DNA of 52,705 nt, counting the filler, from Streblomastix strix (lineage: Eukaryota), in assembly GCA_008636045.1 (NCBI GenBank). It is 3 parts of 3 records of this genome, joined end to end, with 100 filler letters (N's around TTAATTAATTAA, not from the genome) between each part and the next. Parts side by side here need not be neighbours in the genome. Positions count along the whole stretch, not along the records: positions 35,221 to 52,705 come from SNRW01000702.1; 2 more parts are not named here. One strand, written 5' to 3'. The notes beneath the pieces were generated by a model that did no database searches, was not told where the DNA came from, and was given only the letters and a program-made list of their open reading frames with translations. Below are positions 39,501-52,705 of the stretch, in pieces (the stretch's first letter is position 1; each line of letters starts with the position of its first letter). A program made the position numbers and the translations under genes.

Positions 39501-40212
39501 TGCATTATTTTTCTGTCAATTCTCTGGCAAGTGTAAAATCTCCTACAAAACAAAAGAAAGTTCAAATGTATGAATATTATAGCTATACGAATGCACACCA
39601 AATCGCACTGTTTCGTCTTCCATCACAAATATATTCTCCGGTTTGATATTTCTGGTATTAATAAATTAATTAATAAATTAATTAATAAATTAATAAATAA
39701 ATAAAAATCCACAAACCTATGAACTACGCCATGAGAATGCATAAAATCTAATGATAGAGCGATTTGCGCAAGGATATTGTATACATGCTGAAAATATTTA
39801 AAGATGAAATATAAAACAAAAATATAATTTACCTTTAAACGCAGATCTTTTGGCATTTTTGAAAGCTCATATATGATATTTCTTAAATCTCTGTTTGTAT
39901 AATACTCAAAAATTAGGCACAATTCTGATGAATCGGTGAATGTATAATTAAGATGAATTGTAAAGTGTGATTCAAGGAGCTGAATCTGAGCCACTTCTTC
40001 ATCAGCTCTGCTCTTGTCCTCAGTTGTAAGATAAGCTAGTCTCTTCAAGACATAAAACACTCCTGACTTTCTAAGTCTCACTAGAAATGTTTTTGCAAAT
40101 GCACCACCCTTTAATTTGCTCATAACATCATCTGTAAGGTTAAAAAAAACGCAAATTTATCGAATTTAATTATTAAGCAAAAATAATACATACACTCTTC
40201 TATTGTGGTCAT
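36587..40212 (-). CDS. NEK-like pseudokinase with an ARM-like C-terminal region
   Basis: GGAFAKTF, VLKRL, LIFEYY, VVHRNIKPEN, GDFTLAR, YMAPE, DVYSVG, DPKKRP, then long helical exons. TGA at 36589-36587. Confidence 0.85.
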
Positions 40213-40742
40213 AATGAAGTGAATATTGGTATGAATTATATTCAAACTACAAAAAATAAAAAATATTAAACAAATAATAAAGTAATCCTGTCAAGAAATG
40301 ATGGATTTTTAATTGAAAATCTCTAAGATCATGTATATAAAGGATATATATTATTGTATCGCAATAGCAGGCCAATTAACATATTATTAGCCATTAAATA
40401 ATATATAGTGCGATCTGTAATAAAGACTGGGCTCAAAGTTATCAACAGATTTAATTATCAAACGGGTCATCGCTTCAACATTACGATTGTATATAAATTT
40501 TGTGAATTGAACACTAAAAAATTAAAATCATAACAAATCAATATCCAATCACCTATTATATTTGATAACTCTTACATGAATGATAATGAGTTGATAAGAA
40601 TCAAACTTTAATTAGATTAAAATCAATATCTTCCTTTTTTTAAGAATTATTCTTAATATATGCTTTCTTCTTCATTTGATCTTCCAAAAAAAACTGAATT
40701 ATACCTCTCTGATATCCTGTCATAAGCTCATGCAGAAGTAGC

Positions 40743-43700
40743 TCATTACTGATTAAGCATTTCCTGCTTCAAGTTATTATATTTTTCACCCACTTGTCTA
40801 ATAAAATATATAACAGATAATAAATATAATATATAATATAATATCAATACAATATAATATTATAAATCATACTATATGCTAAGCTTTGGTAGAATGAAAG
40901 TACTGAATGCCTGTGAATCTTTTATCTTCCTCTCTTTCTCCAGTTCAATAAGTGTGATCATTGCACTCCTTATATTATCATCCCTCTACCTGGCATCATC
41001 TTCATCTTCAGCTTATAACTATACATATATATAGATTATAAATAAAGATAAATAAAGATAAGTATATTAATATAATGATATTATATATATTAATATATAT
41101 TAATATATATTAATATACCCTCTATTCTTCACTCCTGACAATCCTAACTTATCCAATTTAATCTCCCAATCTCTCCAGGAATTTAGGAAGGAAAGTAATA
41201 ATAGAATCAACCATCAATTATCCTGATGCTCCATTCCCTCCAGATTATAAGGTCTGCTATCTAATAAGTATACCAAGGATAGAATATGCTTTGCGTCTTA
41301 TATCAGAATCATCACTAAATCCATCAACAAGACGAGATAGAAGCTAATCTGGTTCAGTGAATAATGAAGGCGTTCTCTCTACTAATTATTCTACAGCTTC
41401 ATATGTAGCATATCTAAGTGGTTTACCTGCATCCTGTATATTTGCTTGTCCTGCAATCATCTCAACACTGCGAAGAGCTTTATTTATTCTGAGATTCTCA
41501 AGTAAATTGTTCAAATATGGTCTTAAGTAGATCTTTGTTAGATTAGCTCTATGAATAGCGCACATCTTTATTAAGATAGCAACTTCTCTCTTCACATTAA
41601 TATCAGGGTCATTAATGAGTTAGAAGAAATCAGAAAGATTGGAAGTAACAACTCTATTGAAGTTCATATCTCTAATAACACTCTCTGGGGATCTTGAATG
41701 AGATGGAGACACGCTTCTTCTTATTTTAGATGGTTTCTATTCCTTCTGTTGTATAACTTGTGGAGATGGTGAAGGACTTCTGCTGTTCTACCTCAGATCT
41801 TTGATATTCTCAATTCTATTGATGTTCTCTTCAAGATCTTCAACTTCTACATCTTCTGCGCATATGGATCTCTATAAGGTTTCAACTGCACTGGATCTGG
41901 CAATTGCATTGTCAGTAGATGCTGAAGCAACTTAGAATGAACCAGTACGTGATATCTTAGTTGTTGATGTCTTCTTAGATCTCCCAGATCCAATAACTGC
42001 ACTTAGAAGAGGTATCACTTTATCAGGCATCATTCTGCATAACTTACCCAGTGAATCTATTGATGCTTCACGAGATGATTGGTCTTATGATTTGAGTTAT
42101 TCAACAAGAAGCTCCAATAGTTGTAGCATCTACACATTCAGATCATTACCAGGTGGAAGTGGGGGTCTTATTGTTGGTGATTTGCTTATCCCAATTAAAC
42201 CAGTTACTGATTTAACTGATCCAGTTTGACTTGTTGTGATCAATTAGCTGATTTATTCCCTTTCTTTCTCTCCTTCTAAAATAAGATACTTACTTACAGC
42301 TAGTATATATAATGTCTATAAGTTACTTTTAGTAGATGCTCTCTAATACAGAGTCTGAACTAATTAATCTTTAGATCCATAAGCCAATGATCCATAACAT
42401 TATGCTGCATGCACACCTACCTCCAACATTGATGTACCACTCTAAGCATCTTTGCAGAATTGCATCAACTTCTCCAATTATCCAGTCAACTATGGATATT
42501 ATTATATTATTTTCTTATTCTCACCTAAACTACTGAATGTGAGAAGACTGAATATAACATCTGTTGAATATCTTCTTTCTTATTAAATTGTTGTATTCTG
42601 TTATGGTTGGGGAGGTGGAGATACATTTGGACGTATTTAATCTTATTATTAATCTTATTATTATTAATCTTATTATTATTATTCTTCTTCTTTCTTCTAA
42701 TTATCAGGTACTACTTGAACAGGAGATATGGATGATGGAACTCCAGTAGTTGATGCTCTTTCTAATATATCCAATAAAGGCTTTAGTATCTGTTGTTATT
42801 TAGTGTTGAAGTCTTTAATGAATGGTTTCTCATCTTTAGTTGTATCTTCATCACCTTTATTACTAACCTTAAGTTATTCTGCTCCAATCAAAAGAAGAGC
42901 TAATGCATTAGTTGTATTCTATAAGCAGACAATATTAATATGCCTGTTTATAGTAGATAGATTCAGAAGTGCCCTTGAATATGCATCAAAACTCTCTCCA
43001 ACTGCGATGAGTTGCAGAATAAGATTGGCAATTGCTGGAGAAGCAGATATTGAAGGTTTGAGATTGGCATTGGTTATTATATCTTGCAGACGGTTGTTGA
43101 ATATTTCAGCTACAATATGTCTGGTCTGTGGATTTGTAGATAATAAATCAGTGAGTGTGATCATAGCTTCTATTGTGTATGTAGCATCTGGTTCAGCAAA
43201 TAACAAATCAAATTCTTTCACCAGTGATTCTAATCCATCTTTATTGAGTTTGTCTCCAAACTGCTCAAATGCCAATTAAAGACCAATTAAACCTAACTAT
43301 CCAAGTGGTCTTGTATTCCTACGTTTGACACATTCACCAAGTTATTATACTATTGAATCAAATATATTCAGTGGAGAATCCTTTTATGGGGTTGGAATTA
43401 CATCATAAATAGAACTGATTACTTCTTCAGATGCAAGTATTGTAGTAAGAGCTCGTGATGCATAGATTCTTGATGAATCATTTTTTGTGAACTTTATTAT
43501 TTATTCAATTGCTTTTATCAAATTATTAATTCCTAATACTTCCTTACCATACATTGTAGTAACAACTCCCAAAGATAACAATGCATTCTATTTCACAGTC
43601 AAATCACAATCAGATCGAGTGAAAGTGCCCATACAAAGATTAAACAGTTCTTCTGCAAGTTTCTGATCAGCAATTAATCCTCCTTAATTTGGTGGAACTG

Positions 43701-45672
43701 TGTATGTGAATAATTCTCCAATAGTTCTGATTGATGGAGCAGATATATTTGGAGTCTTGTACGATGCAGTTGTTTTTATGAGTTCAGTTATTGATCTCAG
43801 GTGTTGATTCACAATTTGAGGTTGTGTTGCTTTCAATATCTGCCAAAGAAGTCCAAATGCAGATCTTGAATAATCAGATATTATTTAATTGGCACCACCA
43901 CTTCCATCTCCTTAATTTGATGCTTGAGTAACTGCATCGTCATAATAGAAAGGATAAGACACAATATTCAGAAGATACTTAAGATTAACTCCTCGATATC
44001 CGCCCATACGTTAGACTGCAAATGTCAGTTGACTCAGAAGATTCAGTATCTGTGTTCTTATTGTGAGATCTTTTGATTTCAATTATGATGCCAACTTCCT
44101 GAATAAATGACCTTCTAATCTTGTTTGTATGTTCTTACCTTATCTATTCTTCTGAAGGACAACCTTTGATTAGATTTCTTTTATAAGGAGATGTGTGCAA
44201 TCTTCTGATTCAACCTATGAATATTCTTTTGTATTGTGAATCACGAGTGATATTGATGATATTAGTTCATGTAGTGTAGGAGTAGAATGTTCATTCACTA
44301 TTCGTGTGACAACAGCAGGGAAAATAGTATCATATACTTTTGGAAGTGGAACCAATTCTCTGCTAAGAAATGTCTAAATTGTATTAGCAGCTTCACGTCT
44401 CACAATCCAGGATGAATCATATCCTAATTCATAATCATCATCATCTTCATCATCTTCTTCTTCATATTCTTCATCATCATTTTCAACTTCTTCTTCATTT
44501 GCATTTTCCAATTCTTTCTCTTCTTCTTCAATTTTCAGCTCATTATCTGGATCATAATTCAAAGAAGACAAAACAGCATTAAGAATCTCATCTTGTTTAT
44601 TATCAAATCCTCCTTCACGTTTTGGAATCACTCTTAAGATGCTGTTCAATCCTTCAATACAACTTTTTTGTAGATTTACAAACTAAATGTCTTTCTATAA
44701 CTTAGGAATGGATTGAATAATGAGATCTATCAATGTACTGGAGTGAGGAATTATTTAGGTGCCGACATTTACACTAAAAATAACAAATAATAATAAATAA
44801 TAAAATGAAATAGAATATATCCTAATTTTAAAAGTATTATGAGATACCTTATATTGCACAATAACCCCAAGTGCAAATTAGTATCTTGTGTCTCTGGATT
44901 GTTGATAAGAGCGACACTATTCTTAACAAAATCATCCAGAATCTCATCAGTAAAATGCGGAGAAAGAGCAACAATTACATCAACAATCTTCTTCTTAGTC
45001 TGTATTTATTTATCAGCGATCAGATCTTTCAGAAGTAAAGCATATTACTTCTAGTTGCATGTGCTCCCATAACGGTGTGCTATTATTTCAAGCAGTTCAA
45101 GACTGTGTAATTGCATTTCTATTCCTCCTCTGGCATCTTTAAACAATTCATCCTGTAATTATCCTGCAATTTATTATCCAAGTGGTATCTAAAGCTTCTC
45201 CAATACCTGACCTAAGAACTTTGTTCCTGAAACACTTTTTTCAGGTGATGGCTATCTAAACTCTTCAAGGAATTTCTGCACAATTTTATTCAGTGTACCA
45301 ATACTCAAACCAAACTGGAATATTTTAGAAAGGCTACAGGAAGAATAAAAATGTATGTTAATTAATTATAAAATAATCATAAGGAATAAAACCAATCAAT
45401 GGCCATAATTGATGTCAACCTTCCTGCAATATCCCCTGTGTACTTTACACGATCAATCACGGCTTCGACCTGAATATATAAATATTTGCATATATAAAGA
45501 GAAAAAAAAGAAAAATAGCTATGAAGCAAACTATTTTTTGCTCTTAGTCTTAAAAGCTGAATTTTTAATCTTTCATTTCTTTATTGAGATCAGTGAGACC
45601 TTGTTATACGATCTGACAATCAACGTCTTAAATATTTAAAAAGATATTTTTCAATGTTTTCAGCGTTGTCAT
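40743..45672 (-). CDS. CAND1: Cullin-associated NEDD8-dissociated protein 1 (TIP120) homolog
   Basis: Acidic tract followed by DSSWIVRREAA (cf. SWKVRRAAA); DSLGKLCRMMP; LRSVEMIAGQANIQDAGKPLRYATYE (cf. TIP120 C-terminal domain). HEAT-like exons; ends NQQ-TGA. Confidence 0.88.
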
Positions 45673-46262
45673 TACTAAAAATAACTTTTTCTTAATTTGA
45701 AAAAAATATAAAAAAGTAGGTAAAATTAATTGTTTTTAATATATTAAATTGATTAAATAGCTAAAGTTGATAGTATGTATGTGTTAATATTATTGAATCG
45801 ATGATAATTTGTCACATTAAGCAGAAAAGTGATTTTTTTTGTATATCATCCAGCAAGTGGATTAAGTTATCTAACCAATAGTATATAGCTTAAAGTATGT
45901 ACAAGGAATGCAATTTTCACTCTGTAACCTGATTTTCAAAGTGTACGTCACGTTAGCAAGTAAGAAACCAAAAGTCACAAATTTTTCTTTGCACCAGATT
46001 ATCATTTAACTTGATCTGCATATAATAGTTAAATTATTAATTAAATATTTTATATAGTCTGCTTAAAAAAATGAGAAATAAATAAGATTATAATTTGGAA
46101 TTTCATTTTGCTTTATAGATAACTGTGTCCCTTGAAATGGATTTTAAGATAATAACACTCATTTATATTAAGTGACTCTGTAGCTTATATTTTCATTTAA
46201 AAACAGTTTCTTACACAAAATTTCAGTAAGATTCGAATGGTAATATCAGTTAATGTTTGATA

Positions 46263-47208
46263 TCAAATTTCAATAGGTCCATGTGCCCCAGTAATCTGAA
46301 TGTGATAAAATAATATTAAAAAATGAATATATAAATATATAATATAATATATCATACCACTACATGCTCTATGTATCTACCACCATCAGACATTAGATCT
46401 CCAGTTGCCATCCTTTTAAATTCCTTCCTTCCTTCAGTATGAGCTTTATTAACTGCTCTTTCCATTGGATCTAACCTCCCACTTTTAGGCTTATCTTTCA
46501 ATACTAATAAATCTACTATATACATCAGAGATGCATTGGCTTTATGAAGTAATAGTTATTTAATTTGTTTAATAGGCATTTATGAAAATAATAATAAAAT
46601 AAGAAATAAATACGTGGAATAGAATCATTCAATCCATCTTTCCCAAATGCAAGCTCGGGTGGTACAAAGAGCTTCCGACGTTCACCTTCACACATTCCAA
46701 GAAGACCCTTGTGTAAATAAATAGATAAATAAATAAATAAATAAATAATTAATTAATTAAATAAATATTTAAATAAATAAATAAATAAATAAATAATTAA
46801 TTAATTAATTAATTAATTAATTTTAATCAAATAAAAAATATGGATTAAAAATAATAATTACTTCTTCCCAGCCTTTCATCACTTTCCCTTCACCTATCCT
46901 GAATTTGAATGGCTCATTAGTTGAAAATGTATTTGCAATTTCTTCTCCAGTCTCAAGTAGATATCCAACATAATTAACCTTATGTTAATTAAAGAAAAAT
47001 GTGTATAAATAAAGAAAAATTGAACAAAATGGCATACTGTTAACTTGTCGCCGATCTTGGCAGCTTTCTGGCAATCTTCTTGCTTCTTAAGTGTAATAAT
47101 ATCGAGCTTGTCTATTGACGTAGCTTCTCCAAGATCCAGAGCCTCATCGTCAAGATCTGTTTAAGATCTAACAAAACCAAGCAATATCACAGCAACAAAA
47201 ATAAGCAT
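46263..47208 (-). CDS. Secretory-pathway FKBP-type peptidyl-prolyl isomerase-like protein
   Basis: Signal peptide [68 protein letters not shown]; four introns. Confidence 0.9.
46714..46825. repeat. Intronic (AAAT)n/(TTAA)n microsatellite
   Basis: Runs of aaat and ttaa inside an FKBP intron. Confidence 0.8.
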
Positions 47209-48093
47209 GGTTCTAGAATAAAAGAATAAATAAAATTTAAGTTGTTTTCAAATAAAAACAAATAAATTTTAACAAAGCGATTGTTAAAAAATAGAAATTT
47301 ATCGGAAAATTTTTAATGTTAAGTTTTAAGAGTATATGATGAGTACTAATATAGTTTTAATTAAAAACGAAAAATATTTGTAAAAATAAAAGAAAATAAT
47401 ATTAGAAATAATAAATATATATCGTTATATTTGAAGAAATTTATAGTTATTTTTTAAGATGCAATTATCTGCTCAACATAAGGTTTAATATTAGAAAATG
47501 AGTTCGAAACATAATTAATATACTTAATGGATGAATTTTTATCCATTGAAAAATATATAATTGTGAATACGAACAATTTAGTGCTGAACACAAACTTAAA
47601 GATCTAGCAACTGTCATCACTTCATATAATAAAATAATAAAAGTGATTGAATTATTTATACTCGTAATTAGATTTATTAATAAAAAAGATATTTCCATAA
47701 AAAAAAAACAAAATTAAATTCAATAAATTCTTGAAAAATGGTATTTAAAATAATTACAAACCATCTAAACATATTGTATCAAACAAAAGTTTCACATTTA
47801 AAGTATTAAAAAATATCTAATTATATATCAACACAGTTTTATACGCAGTTTTGGATCAGATTTAACTAAATCTATACAAAATCTCTTAATTCAACTTAAA
47901 TTCAACATTTAAAGTAATATTTTAAATATTGATGACATATACAACGATTTACAGCCATTTTTATTCATATTTCTATCATTATAACTCATTGAATGTTTAT
48001 ACGACTATTGTATCTGAAGAAAATAGTAATTTACTTTTTTCTATAATATTCTATTAAATTTTTACCTTTACTTATTATTTATTTAGACGATCA

Positions 48094-50725
48094 ATGGAAT
48101 AGTGGATAGTTCATATAAAATGGGAGGGAGATAAAGTCACTGAAGATCAATTAACTCAGGAATTCAAGCAATTTGGAGCAGTAAAAGTGACAATTGAAGA
48201 TGTTTCCCCTGGTAACATTGATATGCATGCTTAAATAAGTTTCAAAACATAACAAGCAGCTTAAAATGCATATGAGCATGCTAAAAGTGCAGTTATTGAA
48301 GGATTAATTTTGGTTGTTACAGACTTACAACACCTAATTCCTAATCTAGAGCCATCTATTAAACCAGATCCAGTTATTGTATCAGATTCTTCTATTAAGC
48401 CAGATTAAAATGATTTGCAGCAAAATTCAAGTATAAACACCCCTCCGATTCCATATATATATAACTCAGGACGAAAAATTTCTCCTCCTAACTCAATTGG
48501 CCTTATCAATACAAAAGCCTCAGTTACAAAGCCAGTTTCAGTTCAATAGAATAATTAAATTGAATATGCTCAGAAGGCTTAAGAAATACTTACGATGATT
48601 TCTCCTTCATCATTTTGGATGTTGACGTAACAATTAGCTGAATTGATTGTGAATGAAGAAGTACTTGATGCTGTGATTGAATAAATATTTGATAAAGTTT
48701 TGAAAGATAATAATAAGTTTACTGGCTTATATGAAGATCTATGTCTTCAGCTTTCAATATATGAATTAAAACATGGATTCCCATTTGATATTAAACAATC
48801 TCCTGAGGTATAAATTCCTTAATCGCATTCAGGCTTCACAACTCTTTAGTAATAATCTAAATAACTTGATAATTCTCCTAATAATTCAATGAATCAACTT
48901 ATTCCTCAACCAACACCATCAAATTCAGAAGTAAGTGGAATATAGGGAGAGATTATCACAATAACTGAGGAAGTTAATCAAGAAGAAAATGATTCAAGTA
49001 GTTTAAAAGAAAATAAACTGGATAAAGTAAAAGATGTGGACAAAGAATAGATATCTGATAAGAACAGTGATCGAGACCAAAACATTACTCCATCATCATC
49101 ACCAATATCATCAATATCTTCATCTCCATCACCTTCAAATAACTCTTCTAATGTTGATGTGAATTAATTCACTAATAGTATATTCAGAAAAAGACTACTT
49201 GCTAGATGCTAGAACTTCTTTGAGAATAACTAAGTTTTTATAATATCTGATTAAGATCGTGCTTAAATGAGTGAAGCTGAATATTCTGATAAGGAGGGCA
49301 AATTCAGATTGCGCAAGAAGAATAATATATTATTCATTGGAGAGCTTATTAATATAAGATTGTTCCATCTTTAAGTTGGGGCTTTTTGTATTTCAGAGTT
49401 GTGGAAAGGAAGTACATTAATTAAAGTTGATGCTATATAATTAGAAGCATTGTATTACTTCTTAAAGGCAGTGGGCAGCTTAATGATGAGAGAAGCTAAG
49501 AATCTTCTTACAACAAATATCTAAAAAATTCAGGATATATTATAACGTGGATTGTTGAAAGACCATACACGTGTGAAGTTCTTACTAATGGATGTGATTG
49601 ATTTTTACAATAATAATAACTTTCCAATCTATAAACGTGAATATGCTGAGTAATAACCATCATTCATTCCAAGTCCTTCTGAATAGATACAAATTGCTAA
49701 GAAACAATCTTCATCTTCATTTTCATCTTAGTAACATCCAATATCTCCTTCTCCTTATTGTTCTCAATCTTCTAAACGTTCTCCTTCTTCTCATTATTCT
49801 CCTTCTTCTAAACGTTATCCTTCTCCTCATCCACATCCAATTAGAAATATTCTTCCAGTTGATAAATATATTCTATTTATAGGGAATATAAATCCAGATA
49901 CAACTGATGAGAGGTTCAGATAAATATTTGCTCCATTCAAAGCCATCAAATGTGATTTAAAACCAAATCAAGGACCTGGTATAGCACATAAAGGATGGGC
50001 AGACTTCTCTAATGAATCTGATGCAAGTCAAGCACTTGAATATTTCAATGGAAGGACAATTGATAGATATAAATGGGAAGTTAGTTATAAACCATTGCCT
50101 TTTTCAGTCATCATGAAAGAATTATTCATTGAATAGTTAAATCCTAATACAACTTAATAAACATTGAAAGATGTATTTCATGCATTCAATCCATCAGATA
50201 TTAATATTCCCCCAAACCAGCCAAATGATTAACCCAAATATGGATTCATTAAATTCTCTAATGATGCTGATGCGAAAAATGCAATGATGTAACTTTAAGA
50301 AAAGGAAATTGATGGATCCAAAGTAATAATAAATTATGATTATGGTAAAAATCCAAAAAAATGGAGTAATTAAGCAAATTAACAGGTTTGATATAAATTA
50401 TTAACACATAGAGATATATTATTATTGTTTATTTATAGTTATATGTTTTCATAATTATTATTCTTCATTTCATTAATATATTTATAATTCTTATTTATTA
50501 TAATCTTATCAGAAAGATGAAAAAGAAAAAGAGGAACGTATTCCTGAAATGCAACCTTCATCATTACCTTCTTCAGGATCAGAATAAGGTTCAAATTCAT
50601 TAATTCCACCTCCAGGATCAGAATAAGATAATCAGGTATATTTATATATATTATTTGTTACATATTTAATAAAATCATGTATTTTATTTTGATTTCAATT
50701 ATATTTTTTATAGCCCTCTCAATGA
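48094..50725 (+). CDS. RRM-MIF4G(eIF4G-like)-RRM-RRM protein
   Basis: Degenerate N-terminal RRM (VTEDQLTQEFKQFG). MIF4G motifs VIEQIFDK, LYEDLC, FRKRLLARCQNFFE, NNILFIGEL, RVKFLLMDVID. RRMs LFIGNI...KGWADF and LFIEQL...KYGFIKF. Two 3' introns; last exon uncertain (50725 or 50840). Confidence 0.82.
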
Positions 50726-51235
50726 ACTTTAAGAAATCGTGGAGAATTTAAGATTTGATATGCATTCAATCATTATAAACTAATTTGATAATGGAGAATA
50801 TATTGATATAACTATTAACACTACGAATGATAAGATATGACAATATATATTAAACAATCGTAATTTTATATTATTTCATATCGTGTATCGATCCAATCTG
50901 AGTTGTTATTAATTGTTGTTTTAACATTTCCACCTCAATTTTCTATTAACAAATAAATCAAGCATCTGAAACCAATAATTAGCATCATATTATTATAAAT
51001 TCTATTAGAATAAATTGGAATATTTTATAAACATGACTCAAATCAAAGAAAAGTATTGTAATTTGAGTATTTATGATTATTACAATTTAAATTTAGAGTA
51101 ATAATATAATAATGATTTTATTATTATTTAATTTTTAATTTATTTAAATTAATATTCATCATGCAACAAGAACAAAAATAGTGACATGAGAAAATGTAAA
51201 TGTTTAAGATCAGTTAATCAAATTAGAGATATTCA

Positions 51236-52126
51236 TCAGTTCTATACAACGCTTTCATAAGTTGGAATCATGTATTTGATGTTGATAAATGCATCTTTTC
51301 CTCCATGAATCTCAAAAAGCTCAAGTGTTTCCTGCACAAGGTCTCCAAGATTCTGTCTTTTTCTTTGACCATACTCAAAGTTATCTCCAATGTTTATATT
51401 CATGCGTTTGAACAGGTTGAACATAGGAAGAATTTGTCGATAATATGGAACAAGCGTTTCTATAGAGAATATTATATATAAAATAGAAAAATGTTAATTT
51501 AAATCTCAAAAATATTAATAAAATTATAAAATTAAATCATTAATAAATAAACCTCCAATCATCTCTCCAGAAACAACAAGTTTTTGCAATATTATCAGCA
51601 CACGACACAATATCTCAGGGTTTCTTGTGTTAAGAGCAGCTAAAACAATATTAAATAATATTAAATAATATAAAATAATAATAATTCATATTGTAGTAAA
51701 TCATTATAGCACACTTTTGATGGGTAATATTAACTATGGTATTACTGGAAGAATCTTACTTCCACCCTTCGTCAATAAGTCAACTGTTCCTTATTTCGCG
51801 AGTAAACGATATGGTTCAACAGTCTCCCTCAGACCTTCAAAGAATATTGGCAAATAATGATGATAGTCAAGTTATTCAGGATCTATCTTCCAGTGGATCG
51901 CATTTTCTCCAGCTCGGTGCTCCAGAGCAATTGGCAAATCACCTCTGTCATAGAACATTCGGAATTCACTGGGTGAAGCTTCACGGACAACAACTGATTA
52001 TGCACTTGGTGGCCCATCTCGTCTCATTCTACCAGGTGCGGATCCACCCATGTTCAATGATGCTGCCAGATCCAATGTCTGGTCCTTGGACAGTTTGGGA
52101 CTGTTTGAGTTCTCAAATGACGACAT
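51236..52126 (-). CDS. PACRG: Parkin co-regulated gene protein (axonemal inner junction)
   Basis: [70 protein letters not shown]; two introns; ends VQN-TGA-TGA. Confidence 0.97.
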
Positions 52127-52705
52127 TTTGCTGATTTATACAATAGAAAACATAATAATTAAATAATTATTGAAAATATAAATAATTATAAATTAAAATA
52201 AATCGCTAAAATAAATTTTATTTTATTATAGCTAAGAAAAATGAAATTTTAAAATTAAATAATAAAACGTAAAAAAAATAGTTAAATAATTAATCATTAT
52301 ACTTATAGTCGTTTATAATTAAGAAAGTAATTTTCAAATTTAATTTATATATTTTGAAGTTTGTTATTAATGTTAAGATTTAATATATAAATCCACTAAT
52401 TTTCGTTAATTATGTTTTTTTCATTCAAACTAGTTTTTTTTATATTAATGATTATGTATTATTGATTAAAAATTATAGTTTGTTGAATATTTATAACAAT
52501 GACTTTTACAAACTCAATTTATTTTTCAAATTTCAACAGCTCTAAAAATTTATTTTAATTTTTGGACTTTTAAATATGGTTTAATTCCAAATTAAAAATT
52601 AAATATTGAGATATTTAAATGAATATAATATAAATTTTGTAAATATTTTATTAGTTCTGGTGGTGTCATTTAGCTGTAACAAACTTGAAAACTAATCATT
52701 TGAAT

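Noticed and set aside
42728..43279. Longer plus-strand ORFs (also 38623-39027, 51736-52134)
   Set aside because: Antisense to CAND1, the pseudokinase and PACRG respectively.

Overview
Very AT-rich, intron-containing eukaryotic DNA made of three unrelated contigs (1-17518, 17619-35120, 35221-52705). They are ordered by decreasing length and joined by artificial 100-nt N spacers containing TTAATTAATTAA. Genes only open when TAA/TAG are read as Gln and TGA is the sole stop, so the supplied ORF track is mostly fragments or noise. This code, the short GT-AG introns, NEK-kinase/ARM fusions, DIRS elements and a fold-back chimera suggest a single-cell-amplified oxymonad such as Streblomastix strix (inference). 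Contig 1 is a near-perfect 17.5-kb palindrome, probably an MDA artefact. It holds a truncated large gene, a degenerate papain-like surface protein, CFAP36, a GC-rich hairpin array and a 60-bp coding minisatellite. Contig 2 holds a RhoGEF, a longin-like gene, a NEK-ARM kinase, a complete decayed DIRS-1-type retrotransposon (ITRs plus ICR) and a PMCA remnant. Contig 3 holds a NEK-like pseudokinase, CAND1, an ER-type FKBP, an RRM-MIF4G-RRM-RRM gene and PACRG. The most intriguing signals are isolated in-frame TGA codons inside otherwise open genes, the hairpin array and the eIF4G-like/RRM fusion.
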